A stretch of DNA of 64,000 nt, taken from assembly GCA_963729805.1 (NCBI GenBank), contig CAVSPH010000014.1, positions 6,832-70,831 of the forward strand, given 5' to 3'. The translations under genes were made by a program, and so were the position numbers. The DNA comes from Candidatus Bathyarchaeota archaeon (lineage in GTDB: Archaea > Thermoproteota > Bathyarchaeia > Bathyarchaeales > Bathycorpusculaceae). Positions 32,356-43,741 of the stretch are shown piece by piece. How positions within the stretch are numbered: the first letter of the stretch is position 1; every line of letters starts with the position of its first letter. The notes under the pieces were generated by a model that worked only from the letters and a program-made list of their open reading frames with translations, had not been told where the DNA came from and did no database searches.

Positions 32356-32934
32356 CGTAGTTTTCAGCGGTGTCGGGGGCCAAGGTGTTGTGGTTTTAAG
32401 TGATATTTACTGTGAAGCTGCGATGTTAGATGGATTTGATGTTGCAAAAGCAGAGATTCATGGTATGGCGCAACGTGGAGGGTCGATTGTTGCTTATGCG
32501 CGAATTGGTGATAAAATTGAGTCTCCACTGATTGAAACTGGCAAAGCTGATGTGCTAGTTGGGTTTGAAATTCTTGAAACTGCAAGAGCACTTCCAATGC
32601 TAAAGAAAAATGGCAACGTAATTGTTAACATGAAGTATATCCCGCCAAGCTGCAACGTATCAGGGGTTAAACCTAAGAAAACGGAAGAATTAATGCAAAT
32701 TTTGCGGTCGAAAGCAAATGTTCATGAAGTAGATGGTATAGGCATAGCTGAGAAATTAGGAAATTTGTTAGTTGTGAATACTATTCTTCTTGGAGCCTTG
32801 TCTGCTCTTCCAGAAATTCCAATCAAAGAAGAATCGTTCCACCAAGCCAATAGCGGGCAGGCTTAAGGAGAAATATGTAAGTTTGAATTTGAAAGCGTTC
32901 CAGCTAGGCAGAGAAATCCGTGTTATTCAGTTAA
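32345..32934 (+). CDS. iorB: Indolepyruvate oxidoreductase beta subunit (3' indel)
   Basis: GVGGQGV, EIHGMAQRGGS, NTILLGA, NLKAFQLG. Confidence 0.9.
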
Positions 32935-32987
32935 TTTTATTAGCAGTTGGGTTGAATATAGCCAAGAAAAAATGAGAGGATGTAAGT

Positions 32988-34359
32988 TTGAATAAGAAAA
33001 TACTTGCCCTAATTGTCGTTGTAATAATTATCATTGCAGCTGTTGCAACCCTAGAATTAACAATGCCAGGAGCCTCACCTAACGCCAGAGCTATAAACAT
33101 AGGCTTAGTTGCCCCGATATCGAACTCGCCAGTCGGTACAGATATGCAAAGAGCAGCAGAATTAGCTGTGAACGAAATTAACCAAGCAGGCGGCGTCTAC
33201 GTTTCAAGCTGGCATACCCACGTAAACATTACTTTGACAAATGTTGACACAATCGATGACGCTCCAGGCAACGCAGTTACTCCAGTAACGAAAGCGGTGA
33301 CATCAGAGGGCGTTGACATGCTAATTGGCGGATATGGAAGCGCAGGAACTCTTGCCGACGAAGTCGTAGCTATCAATAACAAGGTACCATTCATAATAAC
33401 TGGTGCCTCGAACCCTCTTGTCACTACAAGAGGACCACAAGGTGACTATGGTGGTGATGGCCCAAACGGAGCCAATAGCATTTCTGACGCGGATGGAATG
33501 AGTTACGTATTTCACTATTGCACAACAACCTACGACTACACTAAAACAATTGTTGACTTTTTTGCTACTCAGATGAAACCAATGGTTGCAGCTGACCGAA
33601 ATTTCAGTCTTGCAATTTTTATCGAAATGACGCTTTCGGACAAGGTGTAGATGCGGCAACTAAATATTGGATACAAAATGAAAGCCTACCAATTACTGTG
33701 GTTTCAGAGAGAAATTATGACCCCTGCTATTACGAACTATCAAACTGACTTGACTGTAGTTCAGGCGGCAAAGCCAGATGCAGTGATTATCGCTGATAAC
33801 CCTGATAAAACACCGTTAATAATTCAGCAAGGATGGAACGACGTTGGACTAAAAACAGTTTATGTTGCAATCGAAAATAATCAAGACCCAACATTCTACA
33901 ATTTACTTGGAAGCGCCGGGAACGGACAACTTATGGAATCAAAGATGGATCCGTTCATGACACCTTCATATTTACCAGCTGTACAGGCATATTCGCAGAA
34001 ATTCTACCAGACATACGGCGTCTATCCCGGAATGATGGGTGCAGACACATATGATGCATTCTACATCGCTAAGGCAGCAATCGAAAGTGCAGGAACCGTA
34101 GATAAACCATCAGTAAGAACGGCATTAGAAAACACTGACATAAACCAAATGCTCGTCATGACACAAAACTGGCAAAATACAGTTCAGTTCAGGCGTTGAC
34201 TGGCATCAGATAAAGCCAATAACCTTCATTGAACAACTCGTTTGGAATTCAACATCGAACAAACTCGAGTCGCAAATAGTTTGGGCGCCAACGCGCACAA
34301 TAAGCAACTTCACACCATCAACCTTCAAACTGCCAACAGGCTATCAAGCAGGAAGCTAA
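32988..34359 (+). CDS. LivK-type ABC substrate-binding protein (indels)
   Basis: N-terminal TM, INIGLVAPIS...AELAVNEINQAGG, IGGYGS, TYDAFYIAKAAIESAG. Confidence 0.82.
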
Positions 34360-34460
34360 ACAATTGGTTTCCAAATTTTTTTATTTTTTTTAGATTCTAA
34401 TCTGATATGTTTTAAATAGCTAATCGAGAATATATGTGCCAAGCGCCTGATAATGGGAGA

Positions 34461-35355
34461 ATGAAGGAAAAAGGTTCCGATGACATAACTGAATTAACAA
34501 TCGTTTTAACTTTAATCTGGGGAGTTGCAATCGGAAGCATCTACATGCTGCTTGCAACTGGGTTAAACATTATTTTCGGCGTTATGAAATTGGTGAATTT
34601 TGCACATGGACAATTTCTTATGATAGGAGCTTTCTTAACTTGGACCATTTCAGTAGCAACTGGCTTAAACGCTTACAAGCAATTCTTATTTCCATGGTGT
34701 GGTTGCTGCACTTAGGTGTTGTTGTTGAAAGACTAACGTTTCGCCGAGTTCTTGGTGGGATAAGCTGAACGAAATTTTTGTAAGTCTTGGCTTAATTTAC
34801 ATTTTTGAGAATGTTGCTTTGCTTTTATGGGGTGATTGTCGCAGCGTATTGTCAGTCCTTTCAGTGGTTTGAGTTTGGATTTAAAGACTTTTTCCATCAC
34901 GTATGACCGATTATTGCTGTTTTTGTTGTGGTTGCAGTATTGGTTGCTTTTGGCTTGTTAGTTTATAGGACAAAGATTGGGTTGGCAATGCGAGCGACAA
35001 GTCAACTAAATTTTACTGCTATCGCTTATGGGCATTAACGTTGAGAGGATTTACATGATTACTTTTGCTTTGGGCGCAGCGATGGCTGCGGCCTCTGGCG
35101 GGCTTTATGGGATAATTTTCTCGTTTGATTATTCAAAGTGGCGCAATTCCCACAATTATAGCCTTTGCCATAATAATTCTTGGTGGATTAGGAAGTATTC
35201 GCGGCGCCATAATAGGTGCATTACTATATGGAATTGCAGAGCAGATGGCCACGTTGTTTCTAGGAGGAATATGGTCTAGCGCGATTGCATTTGCCCTGCT
35301 TATAATTGTTCTCATAATCAAGCCTAACGGGTTATTCGGGGAGAAAGGGGAATAG
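34461..35355 (+). CDS. LivH-type ABC permease (indels)
   Basis: GSIYMLLATGLNIIFGVMKLVNFAHG, GLAMRA, IILGGLGSI, KPNGLFG. Confidence 0.85.
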
Positions 35356-35357
35356 AC

Positions 35358-36441
35358 ATGCAAATCAACAAAAACTCTCCGATTACTTCCTGTCACAAAA
35401 GTATTCAGTTTTATCGATTTCGTTTGTAATTTTGGCGTTGATTCCCGTATTCATAACGGATAGCTTTTTCCTGTTTATTTTTACACTGATATTTATTTTT
35501 GCCATTTACGCTGCAAGCTGGAATTTTCTTGCTAATTCAGGGCAAGGTTCGCTTGGTCATGCTGTGTTTTTAGGAATTGGCGGTTTTGCTTCAGCGATCA
35601 TTGGAGGCGAAGTGCGTTAGCCGTAATTGGGTTTTTAGGGGTAGATGCGATGCCAATTGGAGCATTATCGGTTTTATTCAAGTTCAGTGCTTCTTATCAG
35701 GAGGTTTGATTTCGGCAGGGATCGGTTTACTGGTTGGTTTAGCTTGTGTCAGATTGAAAGCTTGGTATTTGGCAATGGTAACGTTTGGTTTTTCGGTCAT
35801 AGCGACACTCTTTCAAGTCAATTTGATTCATTCACACATGGGATAAAGGGTTTTCACCTATAATTTTAGTGCCTAGGGGGCTATTCCATTCTACATTTTA
35901 GTGATTTCTTTCACCGTGTTATCCATCGGCGTTATGTATTTGATAATGAAGTCTCGGATAGGCTTAGCTTTCAGAGCGATTCATGGTAACGAGGCAGAGG
36001 CCAGAATGATAGGAATTAACACTGCAAAGTACAAGTTGATTGCTTTACGTTATCAGCACTTTTTTCGCGGGCATAGCAGGTGGCTTATACGTTTACTTCA
36101 ATGGGTATGTTCATAACTCGATTTTTTCGCCTGCTAACTCATTTATGCCATTAATAATGACTGTTATCGGGGGTTTAGGAACCGTTAGCGGACCGATTAT
36201 CGGCTCGATTTTCCTCACGTCAGTCCAGCAGATTCTAGTAAATCCAAGTGTAACCAGACTTTGAATCCATCTATTGGACCCATACTTCCCTACAGTGGGC
36301 TACGTTGGTCCACCATTAACATGACTTGCTCATTGGCGTAATCTGCTGGTAATAGTCATCTTTTCGTCCCAAAGGTTTGGATCGCCGTTGCTGCGCAAAT
36401 TCTACAAATACATAGTAACCGATGAAAAAGAAGGTAACTAA
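35358..36441 (+). CDS. LivM-type ABC permease (indels)
   Basis: SWNFL..SGQGSLGHA, YLAMVT, GLAFRAI, GGLGTVSGP across frames. Confidence 0.82.
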
Positions 36442-36809
36442 ATGAAAGGGAGCAGATTGTTTCGCCGAAGACATTAGGCATCAAAGTTTTAGAAGCTAAA
36501 GATGGTTACGCAAAAGTAACAATGAAAGTCGAGAAAGAACCACACGAACGCATTGGGATTCACTCATGGCGGAGCAATCTTTTCCTTGGCAGATTACGCT
36601 TTTGCGCATGCTTGCAACTTTGGCGATAACGTGGCGGTCGCAGTGCAAGTCAGCATAAACTTTCTAAAACCCTCGGTTGAAGGTGACACACTTGACAGCT
36701 GAGGCGGTGAGGGTTTCGGATGGTAAAACCATGGGGTTGTATCAGGTAACGGTTAAGAAATGGGGAAAGGCTTGTGGCTTCGTTTACGGGGTTAGCATTC
36801 AAAAAATAA
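36442..36809 (+). CDS. paaI: PaaI-family hotdog thioesterase (indels; absent from ORF track)
   Basis: HTNALGFTHGGAIFSLADYAFAHACN...VQVSINFLKP. Confidence 0.82.
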
Positions 36810-36897
36810 TTCAGCGACCAAGCACTAAATACTTATAATAGAAAAAGCTATAGAGCCAACAATATTTTTATGTGGGTCTAAACCCTAGATTCAAGGT

Positions 36898-36973
36898 GCT
36901 GGGGTGGCCGAATCGTTCAGGCGACAGCCTGCAGAGCTGTTATATATGGGTTCAATTCCCATCCCCAGCTCCA
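36898..36973 (+). tRNA. tRNA-Cys(GCA), CCA encoded
   Basis: GCTGGGG/CCCCAGC acceptor stem, ACAGC-CTGCAGA-GCTGT anticodon arm, ATGGG-TTCAATT-CCCAT T arm, U73 discriminator. Confidence 0.92.
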
Positions 36974-37082
36974 CTGGATTCTTAAAAGCAACTTGAATCA
37001 ACTTTCTTTTTCTAAGAACAAAAGGTTTAGTTTTTGGCTATTAGGCTGCACACCTAAATTAGGGTAAGCAACGATAGATTTT

Positions 37083-37676
37083 TCAACAGCGTTTTCCGAC
37101 TGTTACGACCTGCCAAAGCATCCACAACCTTCTTTGATCTCTAACCCGAAATCCAACACGCTTAAAAGTTTCCTTTATTGCACTGGGATCATTGGTTTCA
37201 AAATAGTGGATAAGCTTGGATAATCCTAGCGGTAACCAAAAATCGGCGAGAAACAACAAACCGCCTGCTTGCAAAACACGTTTTATTTCTCTCAGACCTT
37301 TCTCTTGATCTTGCCAGTGATGAAAGGAAGCCGTGCTGAAAGCGAGATTAACTGATTTGTCAGGTAAAGGCAATGATTCAGCCTGGCTAATGTAGAATTT
37401 GGCCTCGGGCATTAATCGTCTGGCGTTTTCTATCATTCCGTTGGCTGGATCAACGCCAATAAACTGTGCTTCGGGCCAGTATTTTCTGGCTTTGCGGAGC
37501 AATCTCCCAGTCCCACAACCGATGTCTAAAACGGTGTTAGGGGTGTGTTCCTTTTCAGCCATTTTCAGTACGCGCCTCTGCAATCGGTCAAAAAGAAACC
37601 ATTGCCCCCATGAATTCTCATAAGTCAAAGACCAATGATTGAAGTGTTCGTTATCATTCGTTTTCTTTTCAGCCAT
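37083..37676 (-). CDS. Class I SAM-dependent methyltransferase
   Basis: VLDIGCGTG, AESLPLPD, FHHW, RVLQAGG. Confidence 0.9.
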   Translation of the reverse strand: MAEKKTNDNEHFNHWSLTYENSWGQWFLFDRLQRRVLKMAEKEHTPNTVLDIGCGTGRLLRKARKYWPEAQFIGVDPANGMIENARRLMPEAKFYISQAESLPLPDKSVNLAFSTASFHHWQDQEKGLREIKRVLQAGGLLFLADFWLPLGLSKLIHYFETNDPSAIKETFKRVGFRVRDQRRLWMLWQVVTVGKRC

Positions 37677-38142
37677 GCTCGCTTCTCAAAGGGCAATTAC
37701 TCTTTGTTTTTTTTAAGTCTTGTTGTTCTTCCTCAAGTTGCCATACTTAAGATCTCTTGCAGGATGTTACCCTTTTAAAGGATTGTGGATTTCATTTTTA
37801 TTAGCAAGATAGCAAACTGGATGATCCAAGGTAATAAGTATTCAAACCTCTTCTTTAAACCATAAAAATGGAAGGGAATCTAACCTCAACCCAAAAGCCA
37901 ATCCCCACTACAAAAACTAATATGAATGATTAGGGTGCGGTTCCCAACAAAAGCTGCGCACTTCATTTTGTGTCGGTTCAAATCGTCAATATTACTCAGA
38001 ATCAAAACATATTCATGAAGGAGTGGGTTCAAATCCAAGCAACTGTTTCGTCAGACGAAAATTAACTATGAGTTTTTTTGTTTTAATTACTGAACTTTAA
38101 TGAGCAAGTATTAAACTGATTAATGCAGAGCTGTGAATAAGC

Positions 38143-38517
38143 TTGAAGGCTGTTAATGAATCGCTAAGCATCAATATGAGAATTGCAGTCGGTTTGCTTG
38201 AGTTATTTCTTGTGGCGATCATTCTTGCTTTCTTAGCTACTTTCGCAACTGGCACAACTGAGATGCGACTTCTGTCAGTAGCTTTCATAACTCCAATCAT
38301 TATCTTGAGCATAGTTTTTATTTACTATTGTCGAAGAAAAAAGGTTTGGAGTTACGCTGGAGCTTCAATTTTGGGAGCATTAGGAGTCATTCTACGAATA
38401 GTCGTAAGCACTCAACCTAGTCTCGAAGTGGGTGGTGGTCTGCCAGTAGGCGTCACTGCGCTATACATAGTTCTAGGTGCTATAAGTTTCATTAAAGAAT
38501 TACGAAGCAATGCTTGA
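38143..38517 (+). CDS. Hypothetical membrane protein
   Basis: Four hydrophobic segments. Confidence 0.6.
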   Translation: MKAVNESLSINMRIAVGLLELFLVAIILAFLATFATGTTEMRLLSVAFITPIIILSIVFIYYCRRKKVWSYAGASILGALGVILRIVVSTQPSLEVGGGLPVGVTALYIVLGAISFIKELRSNA

Positions 38518-38653
38518 ATTGCAACAAAGAAAGAAATAGCATGAAACAAACTCTTCTTCATCTAAAAAAAGAAAAACCGACCTCGTAATTTAGTAGTAAG
38601 CTAGATTGAAGTAATTGAACTCACAAACTAAAACAGAATTTCTGTAAGCTTGG

Positions 38654-38974
38654 TTATAGTGTATCACTTTTGGAACTAAAGATAGGCTGGTCATTTGATA
38701 AGATTACTTTAGCCCCACAGTATTCACATTTCAATTGCTCTCTGTTTAAGGGGGCTCCACATTCTGGGCACTTCAATTGTACTACAGTTTGATTTCTAAG
38801 TGTATTTTTATCCGGATTATTATCGTCATGTTCTGAAGACCCAACAATCCCTAGGTCAATTTGTTCATCATGTTCCAGCATTTCCTCTTGCTTATCAAAT
38901 TGAATATTAAATTGCTCTATGTAATCTGGAGATTGAGCTTCTAAATCTGCAGGTTTACGCTTAATTATTGACAT
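38654..38974 (-). CDS. Zinc-ribbon protein
   Basis: LKCPECGAPL....KCEYCG. Confidence 0.7.
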   Translation of the reverse strand: MSIIKRKPADLEAQSPDYIEQFNIQFDKQEEMLEHDEQIDLGIVGSSEHDDNNPDKNTLRNQTVVQLKCPECGAPLNREQLKCEYCGAKVILSNDQPIFSSKSDTL

Positions 38975-39114
38975 CTGATTCTTATCATCGCTTTATACTC
39001 AGTATACTTTTAAAACTTGCCACTCAAATAAGAAATGCAAAAGCGTAATAGCAACTTGATCAAGAGACAAATAAAGAAGAAATAGAAAATAAATAGAAAA
39101 ATTAGTGAAGAATT

Positions 39115-39456
39115 GTGTCAGTTAGTACTTTCATCGCTTACTCACTGTTTGTGTTAGCTGACTCGGCAATGTAAATTGGTTTATCTTGGTTATTAGTAAA
39201 ATCGTTCAAGAACCACCGATACAGGGTAACTGCTTTTTTAATTCTAATAGCTCCATTCGTTTATGTTCTTGTTAATGCTGGCAACTTCTTCAACTTGTTG
39301 TGGATATTAATATTTACTCCATTTTATGGTTTGATCGTCATGATTATGGTTTATCCAACATTCATGTTGCTATATTATGCTATAACTTTTGGAAGCCTAC
39401 TTGTCTTATTCGTTTCAAGAAAAAAGCTAAAGCGATTGATAACGAAAGAGTATTGA
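39115..39456 (+). pseudogene. Membrane protein with an in-frame TAA
   Basis: Single frame VSVSTFIAYSLFVLADSAM*IGLSWLLVK...FGSLLVLFVSRKKLKRLITKEY*. Confidence 0.5.
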
Positions 39457-39575
39457 AGGTTTTATTTTTGAACTTTTTCAGGAAAACAACAAGAAAAAGT
39501 GCTTTTTTGATTTAATCACGTCTTAATGCCAAAAAAATCTTTTAAGCAAAGTTCGCATGTAAAAAACTGATCGGA

Positions 39576-39857
39576 ATGCAAATAATTATCAAGATTGGAC
39601 CCAATGTGATGAAATTATTTTGGGCATTAATTGCCTTATTAGGTGTCATCTTAGTAAGTTCAGGTTTCTTTAATGGATTTTCAGGCTTGCAGAGTTTTGG
39701 TGAAACAGGGGTAAACCAAACAATGGCTTCTTCACAAATAAGTGGTGGCATTGTTTTGTTTGCTCTTGGTTTTGCGATGGTTGCGGTGGGTTATATTGGA
39801 GTTCGAGGAAGAATAATATTCATTTCAAATGATGAGATAAAACAGAACCCTTCTTAG
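39576..39857 (+). CDS. Small two-TM membrane protein
   Basis: Two hydrophobic helices; likely start at MKLFW. Confidence 0.55.
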   Translation: MQIIIKIGPNVMKLFWALIALLGVILVSSGFFNGFSGLQSFGETGVNQTMASSQISGGIVLFALGFAMVAVGYIGVRGRIIFISNDEIKQNPS

Positions 39858-40504
39858 ACTAAAAAAAGCTGAGAATAATGAGCATCAAAAAAATAAATGC
39901 ACATTGGAGAAGAAAACAAGTCCAAAGAGTTAGGAGAAGAGCTAAGAACCGATTTTTTAGATTTAGAGTATTAAGAGGCTATAATTGTGCCCAAATTTAT
40001 AGTCGCCCTATAAAGGGAAATCATGCCGAAGAGAGACTAAGAAGGAAATACAATAGAAGAAAACATAAACCATTTTTTCCTTCACCTGCAGTATAGCCAA
40101 GAAACTTGGGATGATAAGGACGAAAGCTAGCCAGAAAACTTGAAAAGTAAACACATAAACAAGCATTCGAACCAAAACACACATAGGCAAATCATGTAAC
40201 CTGAATTAGCAGTAGGAAGAAAACAAATTGTCGGATCTCGCCAATAGCTGTGAATATTTAACAAGTGAGAAATTATGTCAAGCAGTCTCTGAAAGCGAGA
40301 AAGCAAAGGCAAACAGGCAAGTTAGATGCAAAAATGACGAGAAAACAACCTGTTGCTACCTTTGCATGTTTGTATAGATTGCGCGACACACTGCCAATTT
40401 TTAGGGAATACTGAAAATGAACCCATATCAATTGAGGTCTCAAAAAATCGAGACCGAAAACATATTCATCAATCACAATAAAATCAAAGAGGACAAGACG
40501 GAAA

Positions 40505-40720
40505 ATGGCCTTAGCTCCTTTTTGCTCTTTATGTAATGTCGAAATGTCTCAAACTCGAACCAAACTCAGCATCTATGAACGGGATGAGCCAAATCAAAAA
40601 CTTGCTGACGACGACTACGGTGGGAAAATAGCTGAGGAAGTAATTTAACGCCAATAATAATTTAACATATGTCCAAAATGTGGCAAAATCGACTTAAAGG
40701 CTGACAAAAAACTAAAACAA
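40505..40720 (+). pseudogene. Degraded zinc-ribbon protein
   Basis: MALAPFCSLCNVEMSQTRTK...EEVI*, followed after stops by ICPKCGKIDLKAD. Confidence 0.5.
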
Positions 40721-41007
40721 AAAATAATACAAATAGCTGGGTTAAGCCTTTTCTTGTAAGGAGTTACAACCAAACAACTGTACCACATTCGGTACATTCC
40801 CAACAAGTAAGTATTTTTGTTTTTGTCATAAACTCGCATTCATTTCTTCTTCGCATTCAGGGCATAATCTTTCCAGTTGATTCTTTTTTGACATTGAATT
40901 CAGACGTTTCAAGCGCCATTATGCAATATAAACCAACTGGTTTTATCTCTTAAAGAGCTTGATTAAGACTATAAATAAATACATTTAACAGTATTCTATT
41001 AATCTAA

Positions 41008-41796
41008 ATGAAGGTTTTTGGACAACACAAAGAAACAGTTTTGGTAGCCGTCTTATTAGTCGTAATACTGATTGTCGCGCTATTCATTTTTCAAAATGCT
41101 TCTAAACCTTCTGCAACACCCACTTCCTCGCCTTTCCCAACAGCCACATCTTCACCTTTCCCAACCGAAATCTCACCAAAACCGTCTCAAACGCCCACGC
41201 CCACCCCATCATCATCACTTTACCCAGGAGAAGTTACTCAATATCAGAATCAAAGCCTAACACCTATCAGAGCTTTCATCAATGAACTAGTCCAACATCC
41301 TGATGTTTCCATCAAGGGAATACAATACATTAACCAGACAACTTACCGCCTAACCGTTAGCGGGCTAGTAAACAAAACTATGATGTACACTTACGGGAAC
41401 GTGGTTAACAATTTCCAATTAAACCAGAAAGTAGCAACGCTTTTGTGCGTGGAAGGCTGGAGCGTTACCATGTTATGGCAAGGCGTCCTTGTGAATGACC
41501 TGCTCCAAGATGCAGGCGTCAGTCCAAATGCGACAACCATAATATTCTCCGCTTCCGACGGTTACACCACTTAGCTTCCGTTGGCCTACATCGTGCAAAA
41601 CAACTTAATCTTAGCTTACAAAATAAACAACGTTACACTCACCCCCCAATTGGGATTTCCTTTCATGCTTGCAGCCCAAAACCAATATGGATACAAATGG
41701 ATAAGGTGGGTAAATGGAATCGAAGCGTCAAACGACACCAGTTACCTCGGCTATTGGGAAAGAGCAGGCTATCCAAACAACGCCACCGTTTCATAG
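41008..41796 (+). CDS. Membrane-anchored molybdopterin oxidoreductase (sulfite oxidase/MsrP fold) with an in-frame TAG at 41572-41574
   Basis: YRLTVSGLV, LLCVEGWS, WQGV, DGYTT*LPL, LAYKIN...GFPFML...YGYKWIRWV; both ORF-track pieces are in the same frame. Confidence 0.82.
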
Positions 41797-41884
41797 CTTA
41801 GCTATAACGTTGCTTTTGAAACTCTACAAATAATATGAAAAATGAATATGTAAAAAGTTGTTGATAGCAAATGATATAATGACT

Positions 41885-42538
41885 TTAAGCTGATATAACC
41901 TGAATTTTGACCAGGAGATATGCCCACCAATAGCCGTTTGTGAGTAATCCTTGAGTTCCTACAATCGCTACACTTAGGGGTCCTATGCCTGAAGCTAGAC
42001 TTGTTCCGTTGCAATAATAGGCTACCATCACCGTCAACGGATGCGAGGCTTGGACCGTTGCTCCCGTTGTTGGGTCATATGTGTTTAGACCTTGGCCTTG
42101 TAACTGCTGATAAGTAAACGTCGTTTGGTAGCCATCGGATGCTGTAACAGTAACGTTCTCGTTGCTTGTAACGCCTCCTACTAAGTTCAAGAGAGTTAAA
42201 AAGGGCACACCCGTGAAGTTACCTGCAAAAGTCGTGTTCTGTACATCGTTAATGTATCCTCCCGTTCCCGTGTAAGATTTTAAAGAAGCGAGTTCGCTTG
42301 AGTCCAAAATCTTCTGTTGCCCCTTTGCTCCAACAAGAGTCAGGTTAAGGGCTGGAAGGATAACATTAGTTTTTGTGTTGTTTGAAGATTGTAAATAAAT
42401 CTGCCAAGAAGCCACGACAGCTACGACAATTATTATGATAACAGCAATTGCTAATAGTTTCTTGTTGAATTTGCTTTTCGCTCCTGAATCCGCGTTCAAT
42501 CGTTTTAACATCCTTCTTTCTGTACCAACGTTAACCAC
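41885..42538 (-). CDS. Membrane-anchored sulfite-oxidase-fold domain protein lacking the usual Moco-ligating Cys
   Basis: FTGVPFLTLL, VTASDGYQTTF, MVAYYCNG...GPL pattern after an N-terminal TM. Confidence 0.65.
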   Translation of the reverse strand: MVNVGTERRMLKRLNADSGAKSKFNKKLLAIAVIIIIVVAVVASWQIYLQSSNNTKTNVILPALNLTLVGAKGQQKILDSSELASLKSYTGTGGYINDVQNTTFAGNFTGVPFLTLLNLVGGVTSNENVTVTASDGYQTTFTYQQLQGQGLNTYDPTTGATVQASHPLTVMVAYYCNGTSLASGIGPLSVAIVGTQGLLTNGYWWAYLLVKIQVISA

Positions 42539-42647
42539 ATAAAAATCTATCGAATGTTAAGCTCATGTTGATAGCCAATTACACAACATTAAATAGCGTA
42601 AAAAGCAGCCTTATTAACCAATTGAGCAAGCTGAAAATGGTGTCTTT

Positions 42648-43196
42648 GTGAATAAGCACATTCTCGTGTCGATGGTCTTCTTCTTGTTGCTTTTAGGTTC
42701 GTTAACGGCCTTTGTTCATGCCTCGCAGACATTCACTGTTCCCCCACTCAGTCAACAAAACATAAACGTGAATTTGAGTCAAGGTGACTCTGTTAACGGC
42801 ACATTTTCTGCTTCAGGCGGCACTGGAACTGGCGTCGATTTCAGAGTAACTGACCCAAACGGAAAACAATTGTTAAGTTATAACTTCACCAGCTTTACAA
42901 ATTTCTCGTTTTCCGCTTCGACTGGTGGAACTTACCTGTTGAGCTTTGATAACTCATTTTGTTCCTGCTACGGTGGTAAAACTGTGACGTTGGATTACTC
43001 CGTTAATGACAAAACAGTTCAAGTAATCGCACAAGGTGCCACTTATGAAGGGCTACCTTTTGCATCTATCTTAATAGTATTTAGTGTAGTTTTTGTAATT
43101 GTGATTTTTGCAGTTGCCATCTTAATAAGACACCAAAGAACGGCAAATCCCGCCCCATTAATGGCAACTCAAAGATCTAACACAAATTACGATTGA
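42648..43196 (+). CDS. GOLD (emp24/gp25L-like) domain membrane protein
   Basis: GDSVNGTF...VDFRVTDPNG...GTYLLSFDNSF; signal peptide and C-terminal TM. Confidence 0.7.
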   Translation: MNKHILVSMVFFLLLLGSLTAFVHASQTFTVPPLSQQNINVNLSQGDSVNGTFSASGGTGTGVDFRVTDPNGKQLLSYNFTSFTNFSFSASTGGTYLLSFDNSFCSCYGGKTVTLDYSVNDKTVQVIAQGATYEGLPFASILIVFSVVFVIVIFAVAILIRHQRTANPAPLMATQRSNTNYD

Positions 43197-43223
43197 TGCT
43201 CAATTTAAGTGAGTTAACAATCA

Positions 43224-43709
43224 ATGGCTTTCGTGAAAAGAAAAGAAAACACAATAACGATCGAGCAAGTTAGTGAAGAAATATTTGACGATTTTTTGGG
43301 CTTAATTGACAAGCTTGCAGAATATGAAAAACTTGCTCCGCCAAATGCAGAAGCAAGAAGAAGACTTAGAATAGACTGTCTATCGGACAAGCCAAAATAT
43401 AATGCGTTCATTGGAAAAATCGGAAACAAATGCGTCTCTTACATTATTTATTTCTTCACTTACTCAAGTTTTCTTGCTCTACCAACACTGTACCTTGAAG
43501 ATATTTTTGTTCTAGAAGAGTACCGAAGACAAGGGGTCGGCAAAAAAATGTTTGACCACATCGAAAAAATAGCCAAACTTGAAGGATGTGGAAGAATAGA
43601 ATTTACTGTTTTGAAATGGAACAAATCCGCACAAGAATTCTACGAAAAAAACAAAGCCAAACGTTTAGAATGGTTCTTGTACCGTTTGACAAGAGAAAAT
43701 TTTAGCTGA
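43224..43709 (+). CDS. GNAT acetyltransferase (SSAT-like)
   Basis: LAEYEKL, LYLEDIFV, YRRQGVG, VLKWN..A..FY. Confidence 0.88.
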   Translation: MAFVKRKENTITIEQVSEEIFDDFLGLIDKLAEYEKLAPPNAEARRRLRIDCLSDKPKYNAFIGKIGNKCVSYIIYFFTYSSFLALPTLYLEDIFVLEEYRRQGVGKKMFDHIEKIAKLEGCGRIEFTVLKWNKSAQEFYEKNKAKRLEWFLYRLTRENFS

Positions 43710-43741
43710 TAAACACAAAATGAATGCTCAATTTGCTTTGG

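Noticed and set aside
11800-36800. Mass pseudogenisation or programmed frameshifting of purE, mvhG, hoxEF, ACD-GNAT, iorAB, livKHM, paaI and lysW
   Set aside because: The breaks are scattered single-base indels, often in homopolymers, with catalytic motifs intact and no consistent slippery site; long-read or low-coverage consensus error is more likely
37041-37057. TTAGG-N7-CCTAA palindrome as an operator
   Set aside because: It sits between convergent 3' ends (tRNA-Cys and the methyltransferase), so there is no promoter to control
39117-39162. 12-bp GU-rich hairpin as an ncRNA
   Set aside because: It lies within the reading frame of a membrane-protein pseudogene and is probably a chance pairing
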